Part shown: piece after piece, positions 9,376 to 18,367 of the stretch
How positions within the stretch are numbered: position 1 is the stretch's first letter
How the letters are laid out: each line of letters opens with the position of its first letter
From: a virus
Lineage: Duplodnaviria > Caudoviricetes
Length of the DNA: 64,000 nucleotides
Reading direction: 5' to 3' (one strand)
Virus record (IMG/VR): IMGVR_UViG_3300025606_000003
Coordinates: 32,001-96,000 of that record
Notes under the pieces: model-generated
What the model saw: the letters and a program-made list of their open reading frames with translations, nothing else
Database searches by the model: none
Told to the model about the DNA's origin: nothing
Made by a program: the position numbers and the translations under genes

Positions 9376-10455
9376 TCAGCGGCCCGTCCCGCCCGTAGGC
9401 GGTCGCCAGGTATTGCCGGCCGGCCTTTTTGCCGGAGTTTCGAAAAACGACCCTGCGGCGTTGATCTGATCAGCAAAGCGTGTGCCGATACGGTTGCCGA
9501 GATTGCGCGAGGCTTGAAATACCGGCCGCGTGTATGGCGTGTGCCGGCGCTCAGCGTTCCACGTAGCTTTGGCCGCGTCTGAAATTACACCAGGCGCTTT
9601 TTCAACTGCGCTGTTAAGCGCATCCACACCCGCTAAAGCGCCGTCTGCCGTGTTTTTTGCGACAATGCCGGCGAGCTGCCCCGCAGTGCGGCCGGCGGTA
9701 AGCGTATTTTTTACACCAGTACTTGTAGCGTTAACGTACGGTGCAACTGCTGTGCCCACCGCGTCACCAATTTGTTTTACAGGCTCCGTGCTGTTTCGAT
9801 CAGCATTGATAATCGCTTTCAGCACGTCAGACCGCCCGTCCGGGGTTGAAAGCCCTCGTACCACTTCACCCGCCGGTGTTTTATCAAGCCCCTGCCAAGT
9901 GTAAGGATCTTGCACAGCCTCATACATACGCCGCGCGCTTTCAATCGGGTGATTCATCGCGACCATCACCTTGCGCCCGTAATCTGCGGTGCCCGCCGGG
10001 AGCCAGCCGGACTGGTTGCTATCGGGGTTCTTCGGCATGGACGGCCCAAACGTTTCTACAAATGCCGGATTATCCTCGCCGACCCGTTTTCCAAGACGCG
10101 ATAATTGATCTTGAACCATGCCGAGGACGCCACGGTTGTCGTCACCGGAGTCTTTTTTGTCGTGATTTTCTTGCATCCAATTAATCATTGGCGTCAGGCC
10201 CGCGCCACCGAGACCGCCCACCATGCCGTATGTCAGCGCATTGCGCAGCTTGTTGCGCCGTTGGACTAAACCAACAAGACCGCCGGCACCCGCGCCAATA
10301 AGCGCATTACGCGCGTACGGGTCGGCTAAATACTGCTGCAAGCGAGCGCCCAGTTGCGCTGTATCCAGTGCGCTTTTTTCGCTACCGGGTTGTTGACCGG
10401 TGACAGCGAAAACAGCCAGCGCGTGAGCAACTTTTTCCATTTCTTGCTTAGTCAT
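9376..10455 (-). CDS. Putative internal virion protein with glycine-zipper hairpin
   Basis: 359 aa; MEKVA, EKSA; ALIGAGAGGLVG-RRNKLRNAL-YGMVGGLGG. Confidence 0.55.
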   Translation of the reverse strand: MTKQEMEKVAHALAVFAVTGQQPGSEKSALDTAQLGARLQQYLADPYARNALIGAGAGGLVGLVQRRNKLRNALTYGMVGGLGGAGLTPMINWMQENHDKKDSGDDNRGVLGMVQDQLSRLGKRVGEDNPAFVETFGPSMPKNPDSNQSGWLPAGTADYGRKVMVAMNHPIESARRMYEAVQDPYTWQGLDKTPAGEVVRGLSTPDGRSDVLKAIINADRNSTEPVKQIGDAVGTAVAPYVNATSTGVKNTLTAGRTAGQLAGIVAKNTADGALAGVDALNSAVEKAPGVISDAAKATWNAERRHTPYTRPVFQASRNLGNRIGTRFADQINAAGSFFETPAKRPAGNTWRPPTGGTGR

Positions 10456-10464
10456 GGCGCGCCC

Positions 10465-11901
10465 TTACAGCAAATCTCGTTCGGTCTTCATCGTGTCCAT
10501 GCGGGCTTTCTCAGTCTCAGCTTTGGCCTTTTCCATATCAACGAGCTGTTTGATATCAAAGTCAGCCAGCTGCCCCGACTCAAGCCGCTTGCGCAGAAGT
10601 GCCTGCATTGTACCGGGAGACGAAACAAAATGCGGCGCTACGTCTGACAGATCGTTAAACGCGCTCGCAATTTCGTGCGGGTCGTAACCAGAGATTACCT
10701 GATCATTGAGCATCAGATCGTGCAGCACGCCCTGCGCCCGAATGTTGCGTAGTTCTGTTTCGTGGCTGGGGTCTGTCAGCTTGCCGTACGACTTGTTTAC
10801 CAGTTCTTTTGGCGACTGGCTCTCAGCCATACGTTTTGCAACGTTTGTAGCTGTGCCGAGGCCGCTAAGACCAAAAAGATTACCGGACGGCGGCGGCGGC
10901 GCAGGAGGGCGGTTTTTCCCGCCGCCACCTGAACGCCCGGCGCCGGACGGCGGCGGCGGCGCAGGAGGGCGGTTTTTCCCGCCGCCACCTGAACGCCCGG
11001 CGCCGGCTGGCGCAGCTGTCTTCAATGTCAGCGGCTCGTTAGCGGGGTTATACAGAATGGATTCTGTAAGAATTTCTGGTGCTTCTTTCTTAATCGCCGC
11101 TTGCTTGACGGGCACCTTGGCCTGCGCCTCGTTGTAAGCCTCCAGCGCGTTGAGCACGTTGGCCGCCAGCTTGCAGGGCTCGCAGTCGCCAATAAACACT
11201 TCTTTGGTGGCAGCCTGCTTGGTCAGATGCGGGTACACGTTGGCCAGCTTGTTGAGCACAGCGGCCCCCTCGTCGCCCAGACGGAGCTCCGTCTCGCGTA
11301 CGGCGTCCTTGAAGCTCATGTTGCCCGGGCGGCGGAAATACTCGTGCAGCTCCTCCATCGCGGCAGCAGCCTTCGAGTAGGCCACAGTCGCTTGGCGGCG
11401 CAGCTCCTCGGCAGCCAGTTCAGCCGCGCGCTTTTCGCTGGCAGCCCGCCGGACAGCCGCTTCGGGATCCCGGGGCGGCGGAGTCCAGGTTTTTTCGGGC
11501 AAAGATATCTTTGCGGCCGCGGCTTTGGTCAGCGCTGACTGCCGCCGAGCAATCAGATCACGCACCGGAATGGTGTACTCGGCCGAAACCACGTGCTGCT
11601 GCGAGATCTCAGCCGAAGTTTTTACCGCCTTCGGGTACAACCGGTCCATGACGGTATTGGCGTCAGCAATCGGAAAATCAGCGGCCTTGTCGAGCGTATT
11701 CTCGCCCTGCTCGCGCTGTTTGGTTGTTCGGCCCGTGTTATACGCGTGAACCATGAGATTCACGTGCCCGGCCGGAACATTCGACTCAGAGGCGCTTTTT
11801 ACGATTGCGTCGTCGGGCGCCATGCCGTTATTCACGTAGCCAGCCGCGCGCTCGATGGCAGCGATCAGTTTTTGCTCGGCCTCTTTAGTCAGTGGGCGCA
11901 T
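10465..11901 (-). CDS. Putative virion protein, K-x-A rich
   Basis: 478 aa helical; more than 10 K-x-A motifs; internal 20-aa duplication. Confidence 0.6.
   Translation of the reverse strand: MRPLTKEAEQKLIAAIERAAGYVNNGMAPDDAIVKSASESNVPAGHVNLMVHAYNTGRTTKQREQGENTLDKAADFPIADANTVMDRLYPKAVKTSAEISQQHVVSAEYTIPVRDLIARRQSALTKAAAAKISLPEKTWTPPPRDPEAAVRRAASEKRAAELAAEELRRQATVAYSKAAAAMEELHEYFRRPGNMSFKDAVRETELRLGDEGAAVLNKLANVYPHLTKQAATKEVFIGDCEPCKLAANVLNALEAYNEAQAKVPVKQAAIKKEAPEILTESILYNPANEPLTLKTAAPAGAGRSGGGGKNRPPAPPPPSGAGRSGGGGKNRPPAPPPPSGNLFGLSGLGTATNVAKRMAESQSPKELVNKSYGKLTDPSHETELRNIRAQGVLHDLMLNDQVISGYDPHEIASAFNDLSDVAPHFVSSPGTMQALLRKRLESGQLADFDIKQLVDMEKAKAETEKARMDTMKTERDLL
10883..11006. repeat. Exact 60-bp tandem duplication
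   Basis: ccggacggcggcggcggcgcaggagggcggtttttcccgccgccacctgaacgcccggcg x2; encodes GAGRSGGGGKNRPPAPPPPS x2. Confidence 0.95.
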
Positions 11902-11903
11902 TG

Positions 11904-12833
11904 CTATTCTCCGGGAAAACGCAGCTTTTCAATGTCTTGTTGGTTATCTAGTTTACCGCCGGCGGCGAGCAGCATCAGCTCGGCGCTGCTTAATTCTGCT
12001 GCACTGTCATCGTAAGGTAACATTTTCGCGTCTACGGAATCCAGTTTTGTCCCAACTTTGAACGGGAGCGCGGCCATCATGGCGCCGATATTCTCGACAA
12101 TCGTGGAGTGCGCTTTCCCGGCATTTTCACTGTTCTTCTCGATTTCCACATACTTTACAAAGCTCTCGATCAGCGCAATTTGAGTATGCGTGTTGATCGG
12201 GATCGTGAGCGTGGCGATGGCGGCTTTGTGCTTTACTGTGTTGACGGCAAATTCCTGGAAGAACGTACCAACACCGGACGCGTTGGTCGGCTTGTCGATT
12301 GGCGAAAACTTGGAAATCACGGCGTCGAGGACATGGCTGCCGCCGTGGTAGCCAAACAATTTCCAAAGCAGGTCGTACTGCCGTTCTGTTAACCCGCGTG
12401 TGACCGCGTCGGCCATCACCACGTTGACGATGTAGTCGCGGTTGGCCAGCATTTCCCGAACGTTAAAAAACACAGCTTCGTAGGCCTGAACAATTTCTTC
12501 GTCTACGCCCAAACGAGCAGCGATTTGCTTGTCGCTTTCTCCAGCGAGCACGCGGGCTTCGATGGCCCAGCGTGTCGGCGCCTTGTCTTCTAGCCAAAGC
12601 GAGTGCGCCCAAAACAGCGCGCGGTCTTGCTGCAACAGTCGGTACAAAATGTCTGGTCGGTTGTTGGCCTGCTCGAACCGCCGTTTCAGCCGAGACGCGC
12701 GGCGAATCCACGCAAAACCCTCTTCGCCGTCGCGGGCGCGGGACGGCCTGGGTCCGGCGGCGTCGATCTGCACAGCCCGCAGCCAGCGCCAGTTCGGGGC
12801 ACGGCGGGGGCTATCACGTAATTCGTGGAACAT
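11904..12833 (-). CDS. Hypothetical protein
   Basis: About 309 aa from ATG 12833; globular-looking; no family recognised. Confidence 0.6.
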   Translation of the reverse strand: MFHELRDSPRRAPNWRWLRAVQIDAAGPRPSRARDGEEGFAWIRRASRLKRRFEQANNRPDILYRLLQQDRALFWAHSLWLEDKAPTRWAIEARVLAGESDKQIAARLGVDEEIVQAYEAVFFNVREMLANRDYIVNVVMADAVTRGLTERQYDLLWKLFGYHGGSHVLDAVISKFSPIDKPTNASGVGTFFQEFAVNTVKHKAAIATLTIPINTHTQIALIESFVKYVEIEKNSENAGKAHSTIVENIGAMMAALPFKVGTKLDSVDAKMLPYDDSAAELSSAELMLLAAGGKLDNQQDIEKLRFPGE

Positions 12834-12860
12834 GTTTACAGTTTCATTACAGCACAATTA

Positions 12861-13649
12861 TTACGGCACGTTCTGATCAACAAACCCGAAACAGAGCGTG
12901 CAGTAATACTCGGCGGAACCGTAGTTGAACGTCACACTACTCATTGTGCCGTCGATGCGAATGATGTTAAACCCTTCTTCGCCGACAAATTGCGTGTACT
13001 GCGTAGGGCTTACTTGATTTAGATATGTCGTTTGTGTGCCGGAGACAATGCCGTTTGAAGACCAAATTGGTGTAAACGGTTTTGGCGCGCCAACTTCATC
13101 AAGCACTATTACAGGAACCTGCAAGCCCTGCTGGCCGACACTCGCAAATGCGACCAAAGCATCTGTAACGGGCTGGCTAAACACTGCGGTAAATACCCCG
13201 GTTTGCGTATTTGCAATTTGATTACCTGTAGTCGGCACACCGTATTCTGCGGGAAATAGCGCGGCCCCGACCATGCCGGTATGCAAGAACATACCGCCAC
13301 CGCTTTGAGTAATTGCAACCGTGATGTTGTTCTGGCCGATTCCAGCCGCCGTAGTGGAAGCTACGCTAAGCATTCTCATCCACTTAAAACCAGAATCGCC
13401 AGTGCACGAAAAGTCATCGCAAGTTGCTAGCGGATTGTAATTGTCGGCAATGGGGTTTGTGCAGCCATAAACGCATGAAATACACGAGCCGTCGTCGCAC
13501 GTTGCGTTGGGGTTGTAGTTAAGGGCGGTGTTGTTCGTGCAGCCATAAACGCACGGCCACACCAATGTGCTGCCTAGATAAATTTTGCTCGCAGGCTGTG
13601 CGCCAACGGCGGCCGCAGCTAGGTTGAAAGCGCCCCGATAAATACTCAC
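12861..13649 (-). CDS. Tail-fibre-associated protein with YGCTN..A.NYNP.ATCDD.SC repeats
   Basis: 262 aa; KIYLGSTLVW N-terminus; two Cys-rich repeats; GEEG in a beta-rich C-terminus; more AT-rich than its neighbours. Confidence 0.55.
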   Translation of the reverse strand: MSIYRGAFNLAAAAVGAQPASKIYLGSTLVWPCVYGCTNNTALNYNPNATCDDGSCISCVYGCTNPIADNYNPLATCDDFSCTGDSGFKWMRMLSVASTTAAGIGQNNITVAITQSGGGMFLHTGMVGAALFPAEYGVPTTGNQIANTQTGVFTAVFSQPVTDALVAFASVGQQGLQVPVIVLDEVGAPKPFTPIWSSNGIVSGTQTTYLNQVSPTQYTQFVGEEGFNIIRIDGTMSSVTFNYGSAEYYCTLCFGFVDQNVP

Positions 13650-15415
13650 GTAATCACGTACAGTGTGTTGGGGTCTTTCGACGCGATCGCGTCGTAATCG
13701 GTCTGAGAGATCGCCATGCAGTTCGTAATCCGGGTTGCGCCATTGACGCCATCCACGACGCTTGTGATGCCCGCCGAACGCTGGAACGTTTCATCCGTAA
13801 ACGTCACACCGCCGCCAGATATTGCAGTCGTGTCCGCGCCGTCAGATACATGAAACGGTGAGTCACAGTAGATCGGATACGTAATATTGCCGCGCCACGA
13901 CCGCAGCCGACCGCCCTGCCAGTTGAATTCGTATCCAACAGCGCAAATCAAACTGATACCATTTGCGCCGCCAGTGTCATTACCGAACGACCCCATAACG
14001 AGCTGCGTGAAGTTCGGCAGCATCATGCCAATGCCGCTGATTTGAGCTGTGCCGCCACCCGCGACAACAGCGAACCCGCCGCCGTAGTTGGGCAGAAAAT
14101 CCGCTCCGTTGCTGCCGCTACCTTCGTTGCCGTTTGGGGCTGACGCACTTACCGGCACCCAACCCGTTGTAGGAAATACGTACGGGTTGCTGGAAGGATT
14201 CGTGAAGTATGTTCGCGGCCAATCCGCGCCGGAGCAGAGACGCCAATAATTCACTGGCGGGTCTGTCGCGCCATCGTCGTCCGGGTCAGTGCCCCATCCA
14301 GTGCGATTACCCGGAGCGAGGAAAAAAGCCACGCCGTTCAACAACGCGTCGTTTTGTACTAAATAGTAGTTGTGAGTACCGGGTTCAGGCGTGTGCATTC
14401 CGTCGTTCGCCCAACCGGTTGGCCGGACGGCAACAGCGGTTCGCACATAGGTGCCATTCATGTCTGACCACTGAGTTCCGCCGGGGCCGCCCCACGCCGG
14501 AACTGGACTGATATAACCCTCGCCAGCATTGGTGATGCCGCTTACGACCACTGACGAAGTAAGCGTGACGTTGTTGAATGTCACGTTGTCGTGCGTATTC
14601 AGGTCTTGGTCAAACGGGTTGCCCCCACTACCACCGCCGCCGCTACTGACCTCTACCGCGCTCGTGTCTGCAAGTCCGGCGTACAGTTTGTTTTCTTCTT
14701 CGTCGTACAGCATCTCGCCCGGCTGCACGTTGATCGGCGTCGGGTTTTCGGCGCTGACGATTTCACGGCGGCGGTGCGGGAAGTGCAACGCACGGAAAAC
14801 GCGCGTACCGGTCTCAACCGGGCCTTCGCTGATTTGAAGATATGTGAAATAAGATTTCTCGCCGCCTACAACGTCTGTATCAAGGTCGGCGTGGAAACCA
14901 ATACGGTACGCGCCAGCAGAGAGCCGCTCGTTGGTAAGCGTAAGCGTGTCGACCGGAGAGCCGGTTGCGCTAGCGCCATCAAACAATTCGTGCGTAATGG
15001 TTTCCGCAACCGGGTTATAAGTCACGCGCGCTGTGTACGTATCGCCAGTGGTAAGTTCATATTGCGAATTAACATTGTTTTCTTCTTGCCCGTTAATTTC
15101 TGGGTCGCCGCAATTGTACTGAACTGCAATACGTGAAGTGTTATCGCCCCAACTCCAGTACGGTTCAACGTCGGCTTTGAAAAAACAAATGCCCTGATCG
15201 GGGCAGCCGTCGTCTACGTCAGCGTGCACAAAGGTGTAAATAATTACGACAGTCGTTTCGCCGTCGATGTCGTAGTTAGTGCGTACCGGGTACGGCGCCA
15301 ACGACGCGTTGCCCGAGAACCACATGCCGGTGCTATCAAACCCAAATAATACGTCCGCGTCGGGGAACGTATCGAGCCAGAACGGCTGTGTGCGCAGATT
15401 GCTAGAAACACTCAT
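13646..15415 (-). CDS. Tail fibre/receptor-binding-like protein
   Basis: 589 aa; lectin-like N-domain, GGNPFDQDLNT, C-terminal ISQTDYDAIASKDPNTLYVI motif seen in fibre proteins. Confidence 0.6.
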   Translation of the reverse strand: MSVSSNLRTQPFWLDTFPDADVLFGFDSTGMWFSGNASLAPYPVRTNYDIDGETTVVIIYTFVHADVDDGCPDQGICFFKADVEPYWSWGDNTSRIAVQYNCGDPEINGQEENNVNSQYELTTGDTYTARVTYNPVAETITHELFDGASATGSPVDTLTLTNERLSAGAYRIGFHADLDTDVVGGEKSYFTYLQISEGPVETGTRVFRALHFPHRRREIVSAENPTPINVQPGEMLYDEEENKLYAGLADTSAVEVSSGGGGSGGNPFDQDLNTHDNVTFNNVTLTSSVVVSGITNAGEGYISPVPAWGGPGGTQWSDMNGTYVRTAVAVRPTGWANDGMHTPEPGTHNYYLVQNDALLNGVAFFLAPGNRTGWGTDPDDDGATDPPVNYWRLCSGADWPRTYFTNPSSNPYVFPTTGWVPVSASAPNGNEGSGSNGADFLPNYGGGFAVVAGGGTAQISGIGMMLPNFTQLVMGSFGNDTGGANGISLICAVGYEFNWQGGRLRSWRGNITYPIYCDSPFHVSDGADTTAISGGGVTFTDETFQRSAGITSVVDGVNGATRITNCMAISQTDYDAIASKDPNTLYVIT

Positions 15416-15439
15416 GCCGGTACTCCCTGTGTAAGCGGT

Positions 15440-15859
15440 TCAGCGCAGCATCGGCGTCTCAACGGTCACGGTCAGCGCGAAGTCTTTGCTGCCCGTGCCA
15501 GACGGTTTGATCCACAGGTAAAGATATCTTTGGGGATTCGTCGGCGAGCCGTCACGGTTGATGTACGCCACATTGATATTGCTGTTTTCAGCGATATCTA
15601 CAACGTCCGGGTCTTCTACAACGTCGGCAAAATCAGACAAGCTCAACACGTGAAAAGACTCGGCCGGCAAAGACGCGTTGGGCTCTGTTTCCTGGTTGCT
15701 GGCATACAGATCGGCCTCGAAACCCGCCTTGGCGCCGGTGCGCTGCACGAGCTGATAGCCGCGCAGCACGCCACGGTGCGGCATCGAGATCGGGACGATT
15801 GTCTCCGCACCGCTCGCCGCCGAAAAAGCCTTCGTACCGGACCAGATAGTGCTAGCCAT
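15440..15859 (-). CDS. Hypothetical beta-rich virion protein
   Basis: 139 aa, SD aagggtg. Confidence 0.55.
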   Translation of the reverse strand: MASTIWSGTKAFSAASGAETIVPISMPHRGVLRGYQLVQRTGAKAGFEADLYASNQETEPNASLPAESFHVLSLSDFADVVEDPDVVDIAENSNINVAYINRDGSPTNPQRYLYLWIKPSGTGSKDFALTVTVETPMLR

Positions 15860-15868
15860 TGCTCACCC

Positions 15869-18280
15869 TTAGTTGTTAGCGACACTGGACAGGTCAACGT
15901 CGGAACCAGCCTCTTCCGGATACGGCTCGATGGTTTTCTGCTTGAGAAAGAGGATAACGTCACCGAGCATCTCAAAGGCGTTGCGTAGCGAGTCTTCCAG
16001 TTCCGGCATGTCAGACTTGCCGTAACGCTCGGCAAACTTGTCGCCGTGCCAGTAAAACATGAACAGAATGCGGCCAATCTTATCGAGACCTTTGGTCAAC
16101 TCACCCATGTACCGGTCGACCAGCGAGTCGTCGCGCACGGCGCGCAGCATGCTGCCGATCATCGCCGTATCAAACACTTCTTTCTGCCCGGACTGCGCAG
16201 CCTGCAGCACGTTGTTAATGTCATGCTTGTCAAGCTTGGTGTTGGGGTTGTAGATCTGCCGATCGGTCTTGGCAGCAGACACGCTCGGCACCGGCACGCC
16301 AACATCGATGCCCATCTGCGTAGGAATGTCCGCGCCCATGATGGTCTCGCCACCCATGATCGGGCCTGGGTCGCTCGGCGCGTTGGGCGCGTCGTTGACC
16401 ATCATCGGGGCGCCGTACGGATCGGCGTACTTCACGCGGCACTCAAATTTGCGCTTAGCGGCCGCCGCCTTGAGAATTTCGCGGGCTGCGCCTTCGCGAA
16501 GACCGTGCCGACCTACAAGCGAAATAAGCGCCTGCTTCTCCGACAGTTCTTTTTCAATTAAGCCAATATGTCCTGGCTGGTGCGAGCACATTTCAACTGC
16601 CGTACCGTTGTGATACACAGTCAGCGCCGCGGTCTTCTGCATCAGCGCCAATTGTGCGTCCACGATGTTGCCTGGCATCAGCGGCGGATCTTTGCTCTCA
16701 CCGCAGCCGCACACACCCTGATCGTCAGCGTCAGCCTCCGTTTTGTCGTCCTCGCCGGGCGCGCACTTGAGAGCTTTGAAGCTCTCCGGCACGAAGATGT
16801 CGCCCATCGAGCTGCGAAGGCTAGAGCCCTTCTTGCCGCCCAGATGAACGCGCACACCGTCGCGGTACTTGTCGTAGTTCAGTGGATCCGCGTAGCAGCA
16901 CGCCGAAATATGCCCCTTCGGCGGATACTTGGAGTAATCTTCAAGATGAACCTCGTAGCTAGTCGTACCGAATTCATCTTCGCCGAGCTCGCGCAGTACG
17001 CGCACCGGGCATGTCGCGTCGCCGTTCTTGCCAATCAGCATGGTGCGGGTGCGGCCGGTCGGAAGGCTGGTCGCGTCTTTCAGGCCGTTGAACCAGCTGT
17101 CAAACTCCTCGCCTTCGACCTGCGCAATGGCGAAAACCTGGTCGGCGCGGGTGTTCACCCAATCGGGTGTGCCCTCGGTGCGCACCACGGTGACAAAGTC
17201 CGCGCGCTTGGCGGCGCCCATCGGAAACACGGCGACATAGCAGCGCTCGATGTTGCCCGGCTTGACCAGAATGTCGTACAGACCAGAACAGGCCGGCGTG
17301 AAAAGTTTCTTCTCGACCTGAATCTGGTAGGGAATCGAGACGTTGTCGCGATCCCGCTGGTCGAGAATCAGCACGCCGTCGCGCAACAGCTTTTCCTGGT
17401 CTTCCTCGCTGTAACCGGCCGGCAGCTTTGTCTGCAGCGTGACGTCGAGCGTCACAATCTTGAGGCCGGCAACAGACGCCGGCTCTTTGGGCGCCTCCGA
17501 CAGCACACTGGCAATCTTCAGCTGCGCATCACGGGCCTTCGCCGCCGCAATCGCTTCCTTGATTACGCCCAGGCCGTGAAAGTTATCAAACGCCCTGGCG
17601 AGCGCCGGGGCGTCCTGGAACGTCTTCACGAGCATTTCGACCGTGGTCAGGCGGGCTTCCTTGAGAAACTGCGCCAGGTTGAGTTTCTGGCCCAGCTCAG
17701 CCAGCGTGGCGCCTGTGTTCAGCGTGGCGCACTTGGCCAGGGTCGGCATCACGGCCGTCATCATTTCCCGAAGCGTGGGCTTGGCCGAGCCGAACTTGGC
17801 CGGGCTGCGCGAAAGCTGTGTAAAGTCGGGCTGCCGCTGACCGAGCCCGGACAGATTCCGGTCAACGCTCGAGCCGAGAATATTTGGCTTCCGGTTGATC
17901 AGGTAATTGATCCAGTTTTCCTTGAGCGGCACGAACATGTCCTGGTTTTTGATGTACAGGAGCTCGTGACCTTTGAGGTCGCCGTTCAGGAAGAAAACAG
18001 GCGCGTACAGCCAGTTCGAGCCGACCTTGAAGGCAAAAACACCGACCGCCTTCGTGTTTTCACGGTTCCGGTCCAACAGCTGGAAGCCGACTTCATGATC
18101 CAGCAATTTCGGCGCCGAATCGCGGAGATACGCGTGCGCAAGATTGCTGAAAGCCTGCTCGAACGACGCGGAGTCGCCTTTGCCGCCAAAATCGGCCACC
18201 TTTGTCTGGGTCCGGTCGTGCGAACGGACCACAGTCAGCAGGTTCTTTAAGGACGATTCGGTATTCTTGCGGTTGTACAC
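15869..18280 (-). CDS. Large putative virion protein adjacent to the RNAP genes
   Basis: Start moved to GTG 18280 (SD ggaggt); about 803 aa; TKVAD, KIAS, KTAA, KYAD. Confidence 0.6.
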   Translation of the reverse strand: MYNRKNTESSLKNLLTVVRSHDRTQTKVADFGGKGDSASFEQAFSNLAHAYLRDSAPKLLDHEVGFQLLDRNRENTKAVGVFAFKVGSNWLYAPVFFLNGDLKGHELLYIKNQDMFVPLKENWINYLINRKPNILGSSVDRNLSGLGQRQPDFTQLSRSPAKFGSAKPTLREMMTAVMPTLAKCATLNTGATLAELGQKLNLAQFLKEARLTTVEMLVKTFQDAPALARAFDNFHGLGVIKEAIAAAKARDAQLKIASVLSEAPKEPASVAGLKIVTLDVTLQTKLPAGYSEEDQEKLLRDGVLILDQRDRDNVSIPYQIQVEKKLFTPACSGLYDILVKPGNIERCYVAVFPMGAAKRADFVTVVRTEGTPDWVNTRADQVFAIAQVEGEEFDSWFNGLKDATSLPTGRTRTMLIGKNGDATCPVRVLRELGEDEFGTTSYEVHLEDYSKYPPKGHISACCYADPLNYDKYRDGVRVHLGGKKGSSLRSSMGDIFVPESFKALKCAPGEDDKTEADADDQGVCGCGESKDPPLMPGNIVDAQLALMQKTAALTVYHNGTAVEMCSHQPGHIGLIEKELSEKQALISLVGRHGLREGAAREILKAAAAKRKFECRVKYADPYGAPMMVNDAPNAPSDPGPIMGGETIMGADIPTQMGIDVGVPVPSVSAAKTDRQIYNPNTKLDKHDINNVLQAAQSGQKEVFDTAMIGSMLRAVRDDSLVDRYMGELTKGLDKIGRILFMFYWHGDKFAERYGKSDMPELEDSLRNAFEMLGDVILFLKQKTIEPYPEEAGSDVDLSSVANN

Positions 18281-18367
18281 AGCCACCTCCGTGCGGCGTA
18301 GCGACAAATGACACTGATAACTCAACAATTTACCGTGTCTAAGCTCTTACATCCTACCGAAATGCGA

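Noticed and set aside
16568-18250. Long plus-strand ORFs (560 aa here; also 6503-7828, 24613-25944, 48064-49035, 38956-39876)
   Set aside because: Antisense shadows of GC-biased minus-strand genes that have recognisable motifs or SD sites.
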